Shown here piece by piece: positions 38,348-48,392 of a DNA stretch of 64,000 nucleotides; position 1 is the first letter of the stretch, and every line of letters begins with the position of its first letter. The notes beneath the pieces are model-generated. The model did not search any database. It was given only the letters and a program-made list of their open reading frames with translations, and was not told where the DNA came from. The stretch covers positions 800,001 to 864,000 of the forward strand of contig CAUVXB020000002.1 in assembly GCA_963555825.3 (NCBI GenBank), read 5' to 3'. The DNA comes from Alphaproteobacteria bacterium (GTDB lineage Bacteria > Pseudomonadota > Alphaproteobacteria > JAAXGF01). Both the position numbers and the translations under genes were made by a program.

Positions 38348-39032
38348 TTTCCCCCTCATCGACACTAGACCGGTAAATGCGATGCGCGCCCACCGTTCCG
38401 ATTAGCCCACGAGGCGATGGGCGAAAGTCGATGCGTAAAATTTTGGCCCAGCCACCGTTGTGGTGTCTGGTATCGCCTCACGAACTCGTGAACGATAACA
38501 ACCCGCACAACTTCGGGCAAGACGGAAGAGGTTTACCGACCATTTCGGATCCGGTCCGATCGATCAACGGACATTCGCATGGCTCGATAGGCGCACCTGT
38601 GCGGCGCGCGCTTGACCGCCATTCTCGATGCGCCGGTTCGATTTCGGCCATTCCAGATCAACCTATCTTCGGGAAGGTTCGGATGACGGGATGATCGCGA
38701 ATGGCCATGTGAAATCGTCAACGTCGCAATTCGATCACCAGCCTGATGACGATCACCGCCGCGACGGCGCCCAGCAGCCAAAACACGATCTCCACCGGCA
38801 TGCCGAGAACCATGGCGCCGGTCTCGGTCGACGGTTGCGCCGCCGTTTCCGCCGGTTGCTCTCCGAAGTCGCCAGCGAACACAGCGAGCGAGCTCGCCAC
38901 CAGCGCCAACAATATCAGTTGGATGACGGCGCAGTCGATGCGCGACATGCCGCTATCGTCCCGGAGGAACGTGCCGATGCTGCGCGGCAAGTGTTCGTGT
39001 ATCGCACCCGGTTCCTTGGACACAAGTTTGTC

Positions 39033-39944
39033 TCATGCGGCGGGCCTGAGTGACATCGCGGTGTGCCACGCCTGACGAGCTTGAGCGGGGCTCAGGTAGC
39101 CGTTCTTCTCCACGATCCACTGGGCATTGTACTGTTCGACGAACCCGCGGACGGCGTTCCGCAGCTCCGCGATGTTGCGGTAGATGCGGCCATGGATGAT
39201 CTGTTCCTTGAGCGTGCGATTGAACCTCTCGGCGACGCCGTTGGTCTGGGGCTGTTCGACGAAGGCGTAGGACGGCTGGATGCCCCAGAACTTGATCTGG
39301 TTGGTGAAGTGGTCCGACAGATACTGGGAGCCGTGATCCATCCGCAAGGCCAGCCCCCGCGCCGCACCGGCGGAGGTCGAGGCATACAGCCTCGCAAGCC
39401 CCATGGAGATCGGCTGAAGGGCGGCGAAGCGGTCGCCTCGCTTGCACACATGCCAGCCGACGCACTCGGCGTTCCAATGCTCGATGGCGGTGAATATCCA
39501 GCCCCAGCCGTCGTCCACCGTGAACACCCGAACGCCGTCCGTGCCCCACATGAGGTTGGGGGCATGGGTGATGATCTCACCGACATGGGGATTTCCGCCA
39601 CGGCGGCGGCAGCGATGGGGCGAGAGCAGGTTGTTCTCGCGCATCACCCGGAGCCCCCGCTTGCGGGAAACACGGATGCCACGACAGACCCGAAGCCGAG
39701 CCCAGACCTTGCGGTGTCCCTCGCCCTCCCAGGGGGATGCCTCCAGGTCGGCCTCGATGGCCACCAGCAGAGCCTCGTCCGAGATCGAGGGCTTCGGTCC
39801 CCGGCGCTTTGCTGGTGGGCGCTCAGCGGTGGCCTGCTGCCGGGATTTCATGGCGTAGAACGAGGAACGGGCAAAACCCCAGGCCGCACAGACCCGCTGG
39901 AGGCCGTAGGCCAAACCCGTGCCGGGAGAGGTGGCGGCACTCAT
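39033..39944 (-). CDS. IS OrfB DDE transposase
   Basis: Translation identical to 10304-11215. Confidence 0.92.
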   Translation of the reverse strand: MSAATSPGTGLAYGLQRVCAAWGFARSSFYAMKSRQQATAERPPAKRRGPKPSISDEALLVAIEADLEASPWEGEGHRKVWARLRVCRGIRVSRKRGLRVMRENNLLSPHRCRRRGGNPHVGEIITHAPNLMWGTDGVRVFTVDDGWGWIFTAIEHWNAECVGWHVCKRGDRFAALQPISMGLARLYASTSAGAARGLALRMDHGSQYLSDHFTNQIKFWGIQPSYAFVEQPQTNGVAERFNRTLKEQIIHGRIYRNIAELRNAVRGFVEQYNAQWIVEKNGYLSPAQARQAWHTAMSLRPAA

Positions 39945-40351
39945 CGCCGCGACCTCCGCCGCCCCAAAGGGCCGGACGTCTCCGTCTTGGCCTCCAGCAG
40001 TTCCACCTGCATGATCAACTCCCCGATCCGCTTCATGGCGATGTCCAGTTCCGCCTTCACCGGATCGCCCTTGCGTTCCTTGAGCGAGGCATCGATCCCG
40101 GCGATCGCCTTCTCACGCCACTGCTCGAGCCGGAAAATCTCCACGCCCAACTGCCGCGACAAAAGTTCCACCGGCTCGCCACGCAAAAGCCGCAGGGCAA
40201 CCTCACGCTTGCGCGTCACCGTCCACCGCTGGCCAAGTCCCAGCGGGCCTGCCGGCGAAACCTGGCCCGGGGAAAACGTGGACGAGCCAAGCTCGCCCTC
40301 GTTTACCACAGGCCCATCAACAGCAACTTTGTTCTCAAAATTGTCGGTCAT
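39941..40351 (-). CDS. IS OrfA
   Basis: Identical to copy 1 OrfA. Confidence 0.85.
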   Translation of the reverse strand: MTDNFENKVAVDGPVVNEGELGSSTFSPGQVSPAGPLGLGQRWTVTRKREVALRLLRGEPVELLSRQLGVEIFRLEQWREKAIAGIDASLKERKGDPVKAELDIAMKRIGELIMQVELLEAKTETSGPLGRRRSRR

Positions 40352-40476
40352 GTTCCGGTCCTCCTTGGACACTTCGATTAAGCCAATTCTGTGTCCAAGG
40401 AAATCGGGTCCGACTCAGCGGCAAGTGTTCGAAAATCGACGTCTTCATTATCCAGATGCGCTCGCCCTTTCAGGCG

Positions 40477-40566
40477 GCGTCGAGTTGCGGATGGTCATTT
40501 CGAGCGTGGCGGCTCCTCGGTTGCGCATGGCCACAATACTTGCGCCCTTGCCGCGTTCAAGGGCCG
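40477..40566 (-). repeat. Diverged duplicate of the codA 5' end and upstream region (36345-36434)
   Basis: Ungapped 90-bp match (76/90 by manual count); ATG mutated to ACG; TLEMTIRNST versus MLDLIIRNAT. Confidence 0.85.
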
Positions 40567-40964
40567 AGCCCCGACCGCGGAGAGAACAGCGGGGCCGGCA
40601 GGTACAGCATGGAGAGCTTGACAACCAACCCCCGAGTTAGAGAACGGCCTCGGCTACAAAGGGACATCCAGCATGCCGAGCCGCAATGTCGGCCCCGATG
40701 ACGCTCTTCAGACAATCGCGCGGGATACGAAAACGGCGGCCCGCCTGCACCGCCGTCTCGCGGTAAGGCCGTCAGGTTGGTTCATTGTACGGTCACCTTG
40801 ACTTCTTGAAGATGACCCGCGCTCAAGCGCCGCGCATGCCAATCTTATGGGATCAAGGGTGGCCGAACAGTCGGCGGCCCGCCCACTTGTCCCATTAGGA
40901 CTGGTGCGGGCTGGCATAATCCGACCGAATCCAATCGATCGAATTATGCGCTAGCGTATTTCGA

Positions 40965-42248
40965 TCAAGCAGCCCGCCTGCGCCGCCGCGCCCGGTGCGG
41001 CGGGTTGTTGGAATTTTCGGCCGTCGCGCGGGGAACGCCGCGCTTGTGCCAGGGCTTGCCGCCGGACTTGCCACCGGGCTTCTTGGATTTGTTGAAGGCG
41101 TCGGGCGCCGCCGCGGCGGGCGCGTCGCCGATCACCGTCAGGCGGCGTCGGATCAGGCGTTCGATGTCGCGCAGGTAACCGCGCTCGGTCGGGTCGCAGA
41201 ACGACAGCGCGATCCCGCCGGCGCCGGCCCGTGCCGTCCGCCCGATGCGGTGGACATAGCTTTCCGGCTCGTTGGGAAGCTCGAAGTTGATGACATGGCT
41301 GACGCTGTCGACATCGATGCCGCGGGCTGCGATATCGGTCGCCACCAGGACCCGCGCGTCACCGGAGCGGAAGCGCTTGAGGGCGCGCTGGCGGGCCGCC
41401 TGGGACTTGTTGCCATGGATCGCCTCGGCGGCGACGCCGCTTTTGCCGAGCTTCTCGGCGACGCGGTTGGCGCGGTGCTTGGTGCGCGCGAACACGAGCA
41501 CCCGTGACATCGCGGGATCGTCAAGGATGCTGGCCAGCAAGGCCACCTTGCCGCCGGCGTCGACGTGGTAGATGCTCTGCTCGAGGCGCTCGATCGGCGT
41601 CGCCTGGGGCGTCACCTCGACGCGCACCGGGTCGGCCAGAATCTCGCCCGAGAGGCGCGCGATTTCGGCCGGCATGGTGGCCGAAAACAGCAGCGTTTGG
41701 CGCTTCGCCGGCAAGGCCGCGGCGATCCTGCGGACGTCGCGCACGAAGCCCATGTCGAGCATCCGGTCGGCCTCGTCGAGGACGAAAAACTCGACCGCAT
41801 CGAGCACCAGCTGCCGCTGGTTCATGAGATCGAGCAGGCGGCCGGGCGTGGCGATCAAGATGTCGACGCCGCGCGACAGGGAATTGACCTGCGGCCTCTG
41901 GCCGACGCCGCCCATGATCACGGTCTGGCGCAGATGCAGATCCTTGCCGTAGGCGCGGAACTCGTCGTTGATCTGGATCGCGAGTTCGCGGGTCGGCGCA
42001 AGCACAAGGGCGCGCGGACTGCGCCGCCCGCCTGCGCCGCGCTTTTGGGAAAGCTGGTGGAGGATGGGCAGCGCGAAGGCCGCCGTCTTGCCGGTGCCGG
42101 TCTGGGCGATGCCCAGCATGTCGCGGCCGGCGAGAAGTTCGGGGATTGCCCGCGCCTGGATCGGCGTCGGGGTGACGTGGTTTCTGTTGATCAACGCACG
42201 CTGGATCGGCTCGGCCAAGCCGAGTTCCGAGAATTTACTAATAGTCAC
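40965..42248 (-). CDS. DEAD-box RNA helicase (RhlE-like)
   Basis: [29 protein letters not shown]; basic C-terminal tail. Confidence 0.95.
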   Translation of the reverse strand: MTISKFSELGLAEPIQRALINRNHVTPTPIQARAIPELLAGRDMLGIAQTGTGKTAAFALPILHQLSQKRGAGGRRSPRALVLAPTRELAIQINDEFRAYGKDLHLRQTVIMGGVGQRPQVNSLSRGVDILIATPGRLLDLMNQRQLVLDAVEFFVLDEADRMLDMGFVRDVRRIAAALPAKRQTLLFSATMPAEIARLSGEILADPVRVEVTPQATPIERLEQSIYHVDAGGKVALLASILDDPAMSRVLVFARTKHRANRVAEKLGKSGVAAEAIHGNKSQAARQRALKRFRSGDARVLVATDIAARGIDVDSVSHVINFELPNEPESYVHRIGRTARAGAGGIALSFCDPTERGYLRDIERLIRRRLTVIGDAPAAAAPDAFNKSKKPGGKSGGKPWHKRGVPRATAENSNNPPHRARRRRRAA

Positions 42249-42539
42249 TTAGGTATCCTTATGCGCCGGACAGCGCGGTGGGCGTTCTCGACGCGACCGC
42301 ATCCCGGCGTTTTACCCTGCCCCGAGCGCGGCCGGAGCGGGAAGTTTCTTGGTTATTGTTCCCGGGAAATGGCGCCGCTGGCGGCGCTTCGCGCAATCGC
42401 GAGACAATCTATGCCGGAGAGATGGCCCTCCTCGTCCGAATTGTCAAGCGATTCGGTTTTTCATGCCCGGCGGCGAGGCCGGCCACCTGCCCCGAACCAT
42501 GCTTGCGACGGGCGGATTGGGCGTCGGTCCGGATCGCGT

Positions 42540-44207
42540 TCAATCCGACGCCGGCGGGTCCGGCCGAAAGTCGCCGCTCTCGTTGAGAATGAAGTATGCG
42601 ACGGAAGCCAGCTGCGAGTTGATTTGTCGGAGATCCTTGATCGCGTCGAGATGGATCGAACTCGTGCGGATGCTCGCGACCTGACCGGCCGCCAGACGAG
42701 CGAGGTGACGGTCGGAGCTTTCGCGTTCCAGTTCGCGAATGGCCGATTTTTCCGATAACAGTTCCCGCGCGCTTTCGACGTCGCTCGAAACCAGCACGTT
42801 CAGGGCCAGCTGCATGTTGGCCACGACACGGGCGTGAAGGTCGACGATCTCGCCCCAGCCTTCCTTGGAAAACTCCAGATCGCCTTCGGCCCGTTTGGTG
42901 GCGAGCCGCGTCAGGTTGCGCTCGATGATGTCGCCGATGTGCTCGAGCTTGATGTTGAAGTCGGACAACCGCATGCTCAGCGACGCCTCGTCCGAGGTAA
43001 GTTCCTTGCGACTGATTTTGGCGATATAGAGCTTGATCTCGTCGTACATTTTATCGACTTCGTCATCCATCTTGACGAGCCGGCCGATAGCCTCCCGGTC
43101 GGTCGTCTGAAACATGTCGATCGTGCGGCGCAGCATGGCCTCAACCTTGTCGGCCATGCGCAGCACTTCGCGGCTTGCACAGGCCAGCGCCAGTCGCGGT
43201 GTATCGATAACCGTGACGTCGAGATAACTCGGATTTTCCCATTCCTTGCCGTCGGCGGTCTCGTCGGCGGTGCTGGGTTTCAGAAGGCGGCCCGTCACGG
43301 CCGAAACGACATCCGTCAGCGGTAGGAAAAAGAGCGCAAGGACCAGGTTGAACGCGCTGTGGAAATTGGCCACCTGTCGTGACGGCTCGCTGCCAAGATA
43401 GGCCGCGAGGTGCGGGGTAATCGTCGGCAACAGCCACAGCAACGCCAACGCCCCGACGACACGCATCAGCAAATTGCCCAAGGGTATTCGCCGAACTTCG
43501 GGCTCGTTTTTCAGCGTCATGAAAAACGGGATCAGGCCAGAGCCCACGTTGGCGCCCAACACCAGGACGAAGGCGAGGCCGACTGGAACGACCGCGCTCG
43601 CCGCCAGGGACATGATCAACAGGACCATGGCGACACTGGAGTGCGCCAACCAGGTCACCACGGCCGCAAGCACGAAAGCCGTCACCGGATCGTCAGCAAA
43701 AAAGCCGATGACCGCGGGCAGCGCTTCGCTTTCGCGCAGCGGTCCCGATGCACCGACGATCATCTTCAGCGACACCAGCATCAGGCCGATGCCGATCAGG
43801 ATCCGGCCCATATGCCGCAGCTTGCGCTGCTTGGCGATCTGAAACAGCATGACGCCGACGACCAGCAACACCGGCGCCAGCCATGAGAGGTCGAAGGACA
43901 GAACCTGGACGACGGCGGTCGAGCCGAGATCGGCGCCCAACATGATGGCCAGCGCCGGGGTCGTCGCCAACATGCCGCTCTGCGCGAAGGAGACCGTGAG
44001 CAGCGCCGTCGCCGTCGAGCTCTGCAGCACGGTCGTGACACCGAGCCCGGCCAGCAACGCGGAAACCCGGTTGCGGACCGAAATGGTCAGCGCCTGCTGC
44101 AGGCGTTGACCGTAAGCGCGTTCGATGCCCGTGCGCACCAAGCGGGTCGCCCATAACAGGAGCGCGACGCCACCGCCTATTTGAATGAACAGATCAAAAC
44201 CCGTCAC
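42540..44207 (-). CDS. Na/Pi cotransporter family protein with PhoU domains (YjbB-like)
   Basis: LQSSTAT, LGADLGS, HSSVA, LGANVGS, LEHIGD. Confidence 0.92.
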   Translation of the reverse strand: MTGFDLFIQIGGGVALLLWATRLVRTGIERAYGQRLQQALTISVRNRVSALLAGLGVTTVLQSSTATALLTVSFAQSGMLATTPALAIMLGADLGSTAVVQVLSFDLSWLAPVLLVVGVMLFQIAKQRKLRHMGRILIGIGLMLVSLKMIVGASGPLRESEALPAVIGFFADDPVTAFVLAAVVTWLAHSSVAMVLLIMSLAASAVVPVGLAFVLVLGANVGSGLIPFFMTLKNEPEVRRIPLGNLLMRVVGALALLWLLPTITPHLAAYLGSEPSRQVANFHSAFNLVLALFFLPLTDVVSAVTGRLLKPSTADETADGKEWENPSYLDVTVIDTPRLALACASREVLRMADKVEAMLRRTIDMFQTTDREAIGRLVKMDDEVDKMYDEIKLYIAKISRKELTSDEASLSMRLSDFNIKLEHIGDIIERNLTRLATKRAEGDLEFSKEGWGEIVDLHARVVANMQLALNVLVSSDVESARELLSEKSAIRELERESSDRHLARLAAGQVASIRTSSIHLDAIKDLRQINSQLASVAYFILNESGDFRPDPPASD

Positions 44208-44303
44208 GGCCGAATTCTAGTCTTTGCCAAGGATTGGCCTGTCAGTAGACAATTCAACCGTCATTGTCACTGATCCTCGGTATAAATCGGCGACGCTGCG
44301 GCG

Positions 44304-45089
44304 TCAGGCCGGGTTGCGGCCCAGGAACTCGCTCAGCAGATCGCTCACCGTCTGGGGCGCTTCGGTCAGGATCGAGTGGCGCAGGCCGTCGAGGATGTGC
44401 AGCTCGGAGCCGGCGATGCATTCGTGCATGAGGCGCGACATGCGCGGCGTCGAGCCGAGGCCGGTGGCGACCAGCGTCGGCGCCTGGATGTTCGCCAGTT
44501 CGTCGATCATCTCGGCGGTCGCCAGGACGCGATAGGCCGCGGCGTAGGCTTGCGGGTCGTTGCGCTGGTTCTGCGCCTTGGCCTCGGCGATGACGTCGGG
44601 GTTGTCGCGCAGATAATCATCGGTGAACCAGCGCGTCAGCGACTTCTCGAAGTGATCACCCGGCGCGCCAGATTCGACGACCTCGAGCCGGGTGGCGACG
44701 CGGGCGCGCTCCTCCTCGGTGCGTCCGGCGATCGCGCTGAGCAGCACCAGCCGGTCGAGGCATTCCGGAAAGTCGAGCGCGAAGCGCTGGCCGATCAGGC
44801 CGCCGAGCGAGAAGCCGGCCAGGTGGCAGCGCGCGACGCCCAGCGTATCCATGAGGCCGGCGAGGTCAGCGGCGAAGTCCTCGACGCTGTAGGGGCCGGG
44901 CGGCTTGTCGGTCGCGCCGTGGCCGCGCAGGTCGTAGGCGATACAGCGGAACCGCCCGCGCAGCCGCGCGACGACGCCGTCCCAGGAGTCGAGCTGCGCC
45001 CCGACGCCGTGCACCAGCACGAGATCGGGCCCGGCGCCGTCGATCCGATAACGCATGCGAATGCCGTTGGCTTCGATGAACGGGTCCAT
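44304..45089 (-). CDS. Alpha/beta hydrolase (PcaD-like), possibly lacking the catalytic acid
   Basis: LVHGVG, DLRGHG, GFSLGG, LRHS; ATGLGST lacks the usual GE.D. Confidence 0.8.
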   Translation of the reverse strand: MDPFIEANGIRMRYRIDGAGPDLVLVHGVGAQLDSWDGVVARLRGRFRCIAYDLRGHGATDKPPGPYSVEDFAADLAGLMDTLGVARCHLAGFSLGGLIGQRFALDFPECLDRLVLLSAIAGRTEEERARVATRLEVVESGAPGDHFEKSLTRWFTDDYLRDNPDVIAEAKAQNQRNDPQAYAAAYRVLATAEMIDELANIQAPTLVATGLGSTPRMSRLMHECIAGSELHILDGLRHSILTEAPQTVSDLLSEFLGRNPA

Positions 45090-45105
45090 GGCGAGAAGTC
45101 CGGTC

Positions 45106-46110
45106 CTATTTTTCGAGGTCGGAGACGTAGCTGGACCACGCCTGGGGCTGCTGCGCGACGGGTGCTACATGGCCGCCCTCCTCCATATCGACATAGACCC
45201 CGAACTGGTCGAACGCACGCTCCTTGAAGTAGCGCTCGAGAGCGTCACGGATCTGCCGATGGACGAGGCGGTCCCACGGCATTTCGTTCTCGGCGAACAA
45301 CCGAGCCTCGTCCGAGGCGGGCGGACCCGAGAGCGTGCCCCGGTAGACGATGTGGACCGCGTCATCGTGCGGCGTCTCGTAGACCGAATAGATGAAGTTG
45401 ACGTCGATGGCGGTCCCCAAGCCCTTGACAAAGCGGGCCAGCGCGGCAAGGCCGCCGCGCTCGCCGCGCGCCAATGCGACGCCCGGAAGCGTCCAGCGGC
45501 GCTCGCCGTCGACGTCGACCGCACGCAGCAGAATCGCGTCCCCGAAGTCGGCGATGCAATCGACGGTGACACTCTTGCCTTGGGGCCTGAAGACGGCGTC
45601 GTGCTGCGCGCCGAACGACACGTAGGTGCCCTGGCAGAAGGCGAGCGGGCGGCCGGCGCCGGTGCCGAAATCGGCGACCCGGCCGATCAGGATGATGTGG
45701 TCGCCGGCCTCGACGATGCGCTCGGTCGCGCAATCGAGCCAGGCGAGGCTCGCGTCGATGACCGGCGCGCCGCCGATGCCGAGGCGGTAGTCGACGCCGG
45801 CGAACTTGTCGGGTGATTTTGACGCGAAGCGATCCGAAAGGTCACGCTGGGCGTCGCTCAGCACGTTGATCGCGAATCCACCGGGCCCCTGGAAGGTGTC
45901 GTAGCTCGCCGAGCCGCGCGCGATGCAGGCCAGCACCAGCGGCGGGTCGAGCGAAACCGAAGTGAACGAGTTCGCCGTCAGGCCGCGCGGCTGACCGTGG
46001 GTGTCGATCTTGGTGATGATCGTGACGCCGGTGACGAACATGCCGAGCGCGCCGCGCAACGCGCGGGTCCGCGCCGCGTCCCAAGGCGCCGACGCCTCGC
46101 TATTCCCCAT
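45106..46110 (-). CDS. Flavin reductase (NtaB/HpaC-like) with C-terminal extension
   Basis: GLTANSFTSVSLDPPL, AGDH. Confidence 0.88.
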   Translation of the reverse strand: MGNSEASAPWDAARTRALRGALGMFVTGVTIITKIDTHGQPRGLTANSFTSVSLDPPLVLACIARGSASYDTFQGPGGFAINVLSDAQRDLSDRFASKSPDKFAGVDYRLGIGGAPVIDASLAWLDCATERIVEAGDHIILIGRVADFGTGAGRPLAFCQGTYVSFGAQHDAVFRPQGKSVTVDCIADFGDAILLRAVDVDGERRWTLPGVALARGERGGLAALARFVKGLGTAIDVNFIYSVYETPHDDAVHIVYRGTLSGPPASDEARLFAENEMPWDRLVHRQIRDALERYFKERAFDQFGVYVDMEEGGHVAPVAQQPQAWSSYVSDLEK

Positions 46111-46216
46111 GATGTACCTCTGCGGGCTCGCTCCCTGACTCGTGGTTTATGCGGCATCGTAATATCAAGGATCAGTCTCGGTGTATCGCACCCGGTTCCT
46201 TGGACACAAGTTTGTC

Positions 46217-47128
46217 TCATGCGGCGGGCCTGAGTGACATCGCGGTGTGCCACGCCTGACGAGCTTGAGCGGGGCTCAGGTAGCCGTTCTTCTCCACGAT
46301 CCACTGGGCATTGTACTGTTCGACGAACCCGCGGACGGCGTTCCGCAGCTCCGCGATGTTGCGGTAGATGCGGCCATGGATGATCTGTTCCTTGAGCGTG
46401 CGATTGAACCTCTCGGCGACGCCGTTGGTCTGGGGCTGTTCGACGAAGGCGTAGGACGGCTGGATGCCCCAGAACTTGATCTGGTTGGTGAAGTGGTCCG
46501 ACAGATACTGGGAGCCGTGATCCATCCGCAAGGCCAGCCCCCGCGCCGCACCGGCGGAGGTCGAGGCATACAGCCTCGCAAGCCCCATGGAGATCGGCTG
46601 AAGGGCGGCGAAGCGGTCGCCTCGCTTGCACACATGCCAGCCGACGCACTCGGCGTTCCAATGCTCGATGGCGGTGAATATCCAGCCCCAGCCGTCGTCC
46701 ACCGTGAACACCCGAACGCCGTCCGTGCCCCACATGAGGTTGGGGGCATGGGTGATGATCTCACCGACATGGGGATTTCCGCCACGGCGGCGGCAGCGAT
46801 GGGGCGAGAGCAGGTTGTTCTCGCGCATCACCCGGAGCCCCCGCTTGCGGGAAACACGGATGCCACGACAGACCCGAAGCCGAGCCCAGACCTTGCGGTG
46901 TCCCTCGCCCTCCCAGGGGGATGCCTCCAGGTCGGCCTCGATGGCCACCAGCAGAGCCTCGTCCGAGATCGAGGGCTTCGGTCCCCGGCGCTTTGCTGGT
47001 GGGCGCTCAGCGGTGGCCTGCTGCCGGGATTTCATGGCGTAGAACGAGGAACGGGCAAAACCCCAGGCCGCACAGACCCGCTGGAGGCCGTAGGCCAAAC
47101 CCGTGCCGGGAGAGGTGGCGGCACTCAT
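46217..47128 (-). CDS. IS OrfB DDE transposase
   Basis: Identical to copy 1. Confidence 0.92.
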   Translation of the reverse strand: MSAATSPGTGLAYGLQRVCAAWGFARSSFYAMKSRQQATAERPPAKRRGPKPSISDEALLVAIEADLEASPWEGEGHRKVWARLRVCRGIRVSRKRGLRVMRENNLLSPHRCRRRGGNPHVGEIITHAPNLMWGTDGVRVFTVDDGWGWIFTAIEHWNAECVGWHVCKRGDRFAALQPISMGLARLYASTSAGAARGLALRMDHGSQYLSDHFTNQIKFWGIQPSYAFVEQPQTNGVAERFNRTLKEQIIHGRIYRNIAELRNAVRGFVEQYNAQWIVEKNGYLSPAQARQAWHTAMSLRPAA

Positions 47129-47535
47129 CGCCGCGACCTCCGCCGCCCCAAAGGGCCGGACGTCTCCGTCTTGGCCTCCAGCAGTTCCACCTGCATGATC
47201 AACTCCCCGATCCGCTTCATGGCGATGTCCAGTTCCGCCTTCACCGGATCGCCCTTGCGTTCCTTGAGCGAGGCATCGATCCCGGCGATCGCCTTCTCAC
47301 GCCACTGCTCGAGCCGGAAAATCTCCACGCCCAACTGCCGCGACAAAAGTTCCACCGGCTCGCCACGCAAAAGCCGCAGGGCAACCTCACGCTTGCGCGT
47401 CACCGTCCACCGCTGGCCAAGTCCCAGCGGGCCTGCCGGCGAAACCTGGCCCGGGGAAAACGTGGACGAGCCAAGCTCGCCCTCGTTTACCACAGGCCCA
47501 TCAACAGCAACTTTGTTCTCAAAATTGTCGGTCAT
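47125..47535 (-). CDS. IS OrfA
   Basis: Identical to copy 1. Confidence 0.85.
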   Translation of the reverse strand: MTDNFENKVAVDGPVVNEGELGSSTFSPGQVSPAGPLGLGQRWTVTRKREVALRLLRGEPVELLSRQLGVEIFRLEQWREKAIAGIDASLKERKGDPVKAELDIAMKRIGELIMQVELLEAKTETSGPLGRRRSRR

Positions 47536-47605
47536 GTTCCGGTCCTCCTTGGACACTTCGATTAAGCCAATTCTGTGTCCAAGGAAATCGGGTCCGACTC
47601 AAGGA

Positions 47606-48370
47606 TCAGTCTCGGTAGTCCGGCGTCTCGCGGTCCAGTTGGCGCTTGAGCGCGTCGAACAGGAGCTTCGCGGCCTCGGCCCGGTAGCCGCCGACATCGC
47701 GGTTGTGCGTCCGGTCGAGCACCGCCTGGGGGATCATCGCCGGTGTCTTGCCCGAGACCGCGACGCGGTACTGCTTGGCGCAGATGCGCTCCATGTAGTG
47801 CATGTCGTTGAAGGCGTCGGCGACGGTCTCGCCGACCGTCGTGAGGCCGTGGTTGCGGCTCAGCAGGATCGGCTTGCCGTCGAACGCCCGCGCCATGCGC
47901 TCGCCCTCGTCGGTGTCAAGCGCGATGCCCTGGTAATCGTCGTCATACGCGACGCGGTCGAGAAAGCCCATGCTGTCCTGGTCGATCATCTCGACCCGGC
48001 CGTCCTCGATGTCGGCGAGCCAATTGCAGTGCGGCGGGTGCGCGTGGATCACGCAGTTGGCCGCCGGGACCAACTCGTGGATTTTCGAGTGGATGCAAAG
48101 CGCGGTGCGCTCGACGTAACCCTCGCCCTCGATCAGCGTGCCCTCGGCGTCGACGACGATCAGATTGCTCGCGGTCACCTCGGACATCAACAGGCCGTGC
48201 GTCTTGACCAGGAAGCGGCCGGGCGCGCCCGGCACGGTCAGCGTGAAATGGTTCCAGATGCCGTCGTCGTAGCCGTAGCGGGCCGCCAGGCGGTAGGCGG
48301 CGGCCAGGTCGACGCGGGCCTCGCGCACCGGGTCGGGGCCGGTCTCGAGCTTGATGGGCGTGGCGGTCAT
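47606..48370 (-). CDS. Class II aldolase/adducin family protein
   Basis: DLAAAYRL, NHFT, EVTASNL, IHAH, RNHG. Confidence 0.9.
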   Translation of the reverse strand: MTATPIKLETGPDPVREARVDLAAAYRLAARYGYDDGIWNHFTLTVPGAPGRFLVKTHGLLMSEVTASNLIVVDAEGTLIEGEGYVERTALCIHSKIHELVPAANCVIHAHPPHCNWLADIEDGRVEMIDQDSMGFLDRVAYDDDYQGIALDTDEGERMARAFDGKPILLSRNHGLTTVGETVADAFNDMHYMERICAKQYRVAVSGKTPAMIPQAVLDRTHNRDVGGYRAEAAKLLFDALKRQLDRETPDYRD

Positions 48371-48392
48371 CGCGGTCTCCTGTCGATTGGTA

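Larger units (their letters stand above)
38998..40417 (-). mobile_element. IS3/IS481-like insertion sequence copy 2 (1420 bp), 14-bp DR
   Basis: DR gcggcaagtgttcg at 38984-38997 and 40418-40431; ORFs identical to copy 1. Confidence 0.95.
38718..40448 (-). pseudogene. Small Flp/prepilin-like membrane protein interrupted by IS copy 2
   Basis: Removing the IS and one DR gives MKTSIFEHLPRSIGTFLRDDSGMSRIDCAV...; FLRDDSG resembles the Flp prepilin leader. Confidence 0.6.
46182..47601 (-). mobile_element. IS3/IS481-like insertion sequence copy 3 (1420 bp), 14-bp DR
   Basis: DR aggatcagtctcgg at 46168-46181 and 47602-47615 (contains the aldolase stop codon). Confidence 0.95.

Noticed and set aside
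44238-44270. Pho box upstream of the Na/Pi cotransporter
   Set aside because: GTCA units lack 11-bp periodicity; better explained as a MITE2-like remnant.
9817-47615. Sequence-specific target for the 14-bp-DR IS
   Set aside because: The three DRs share no aligned consensus; three sites are too few to call a preference.
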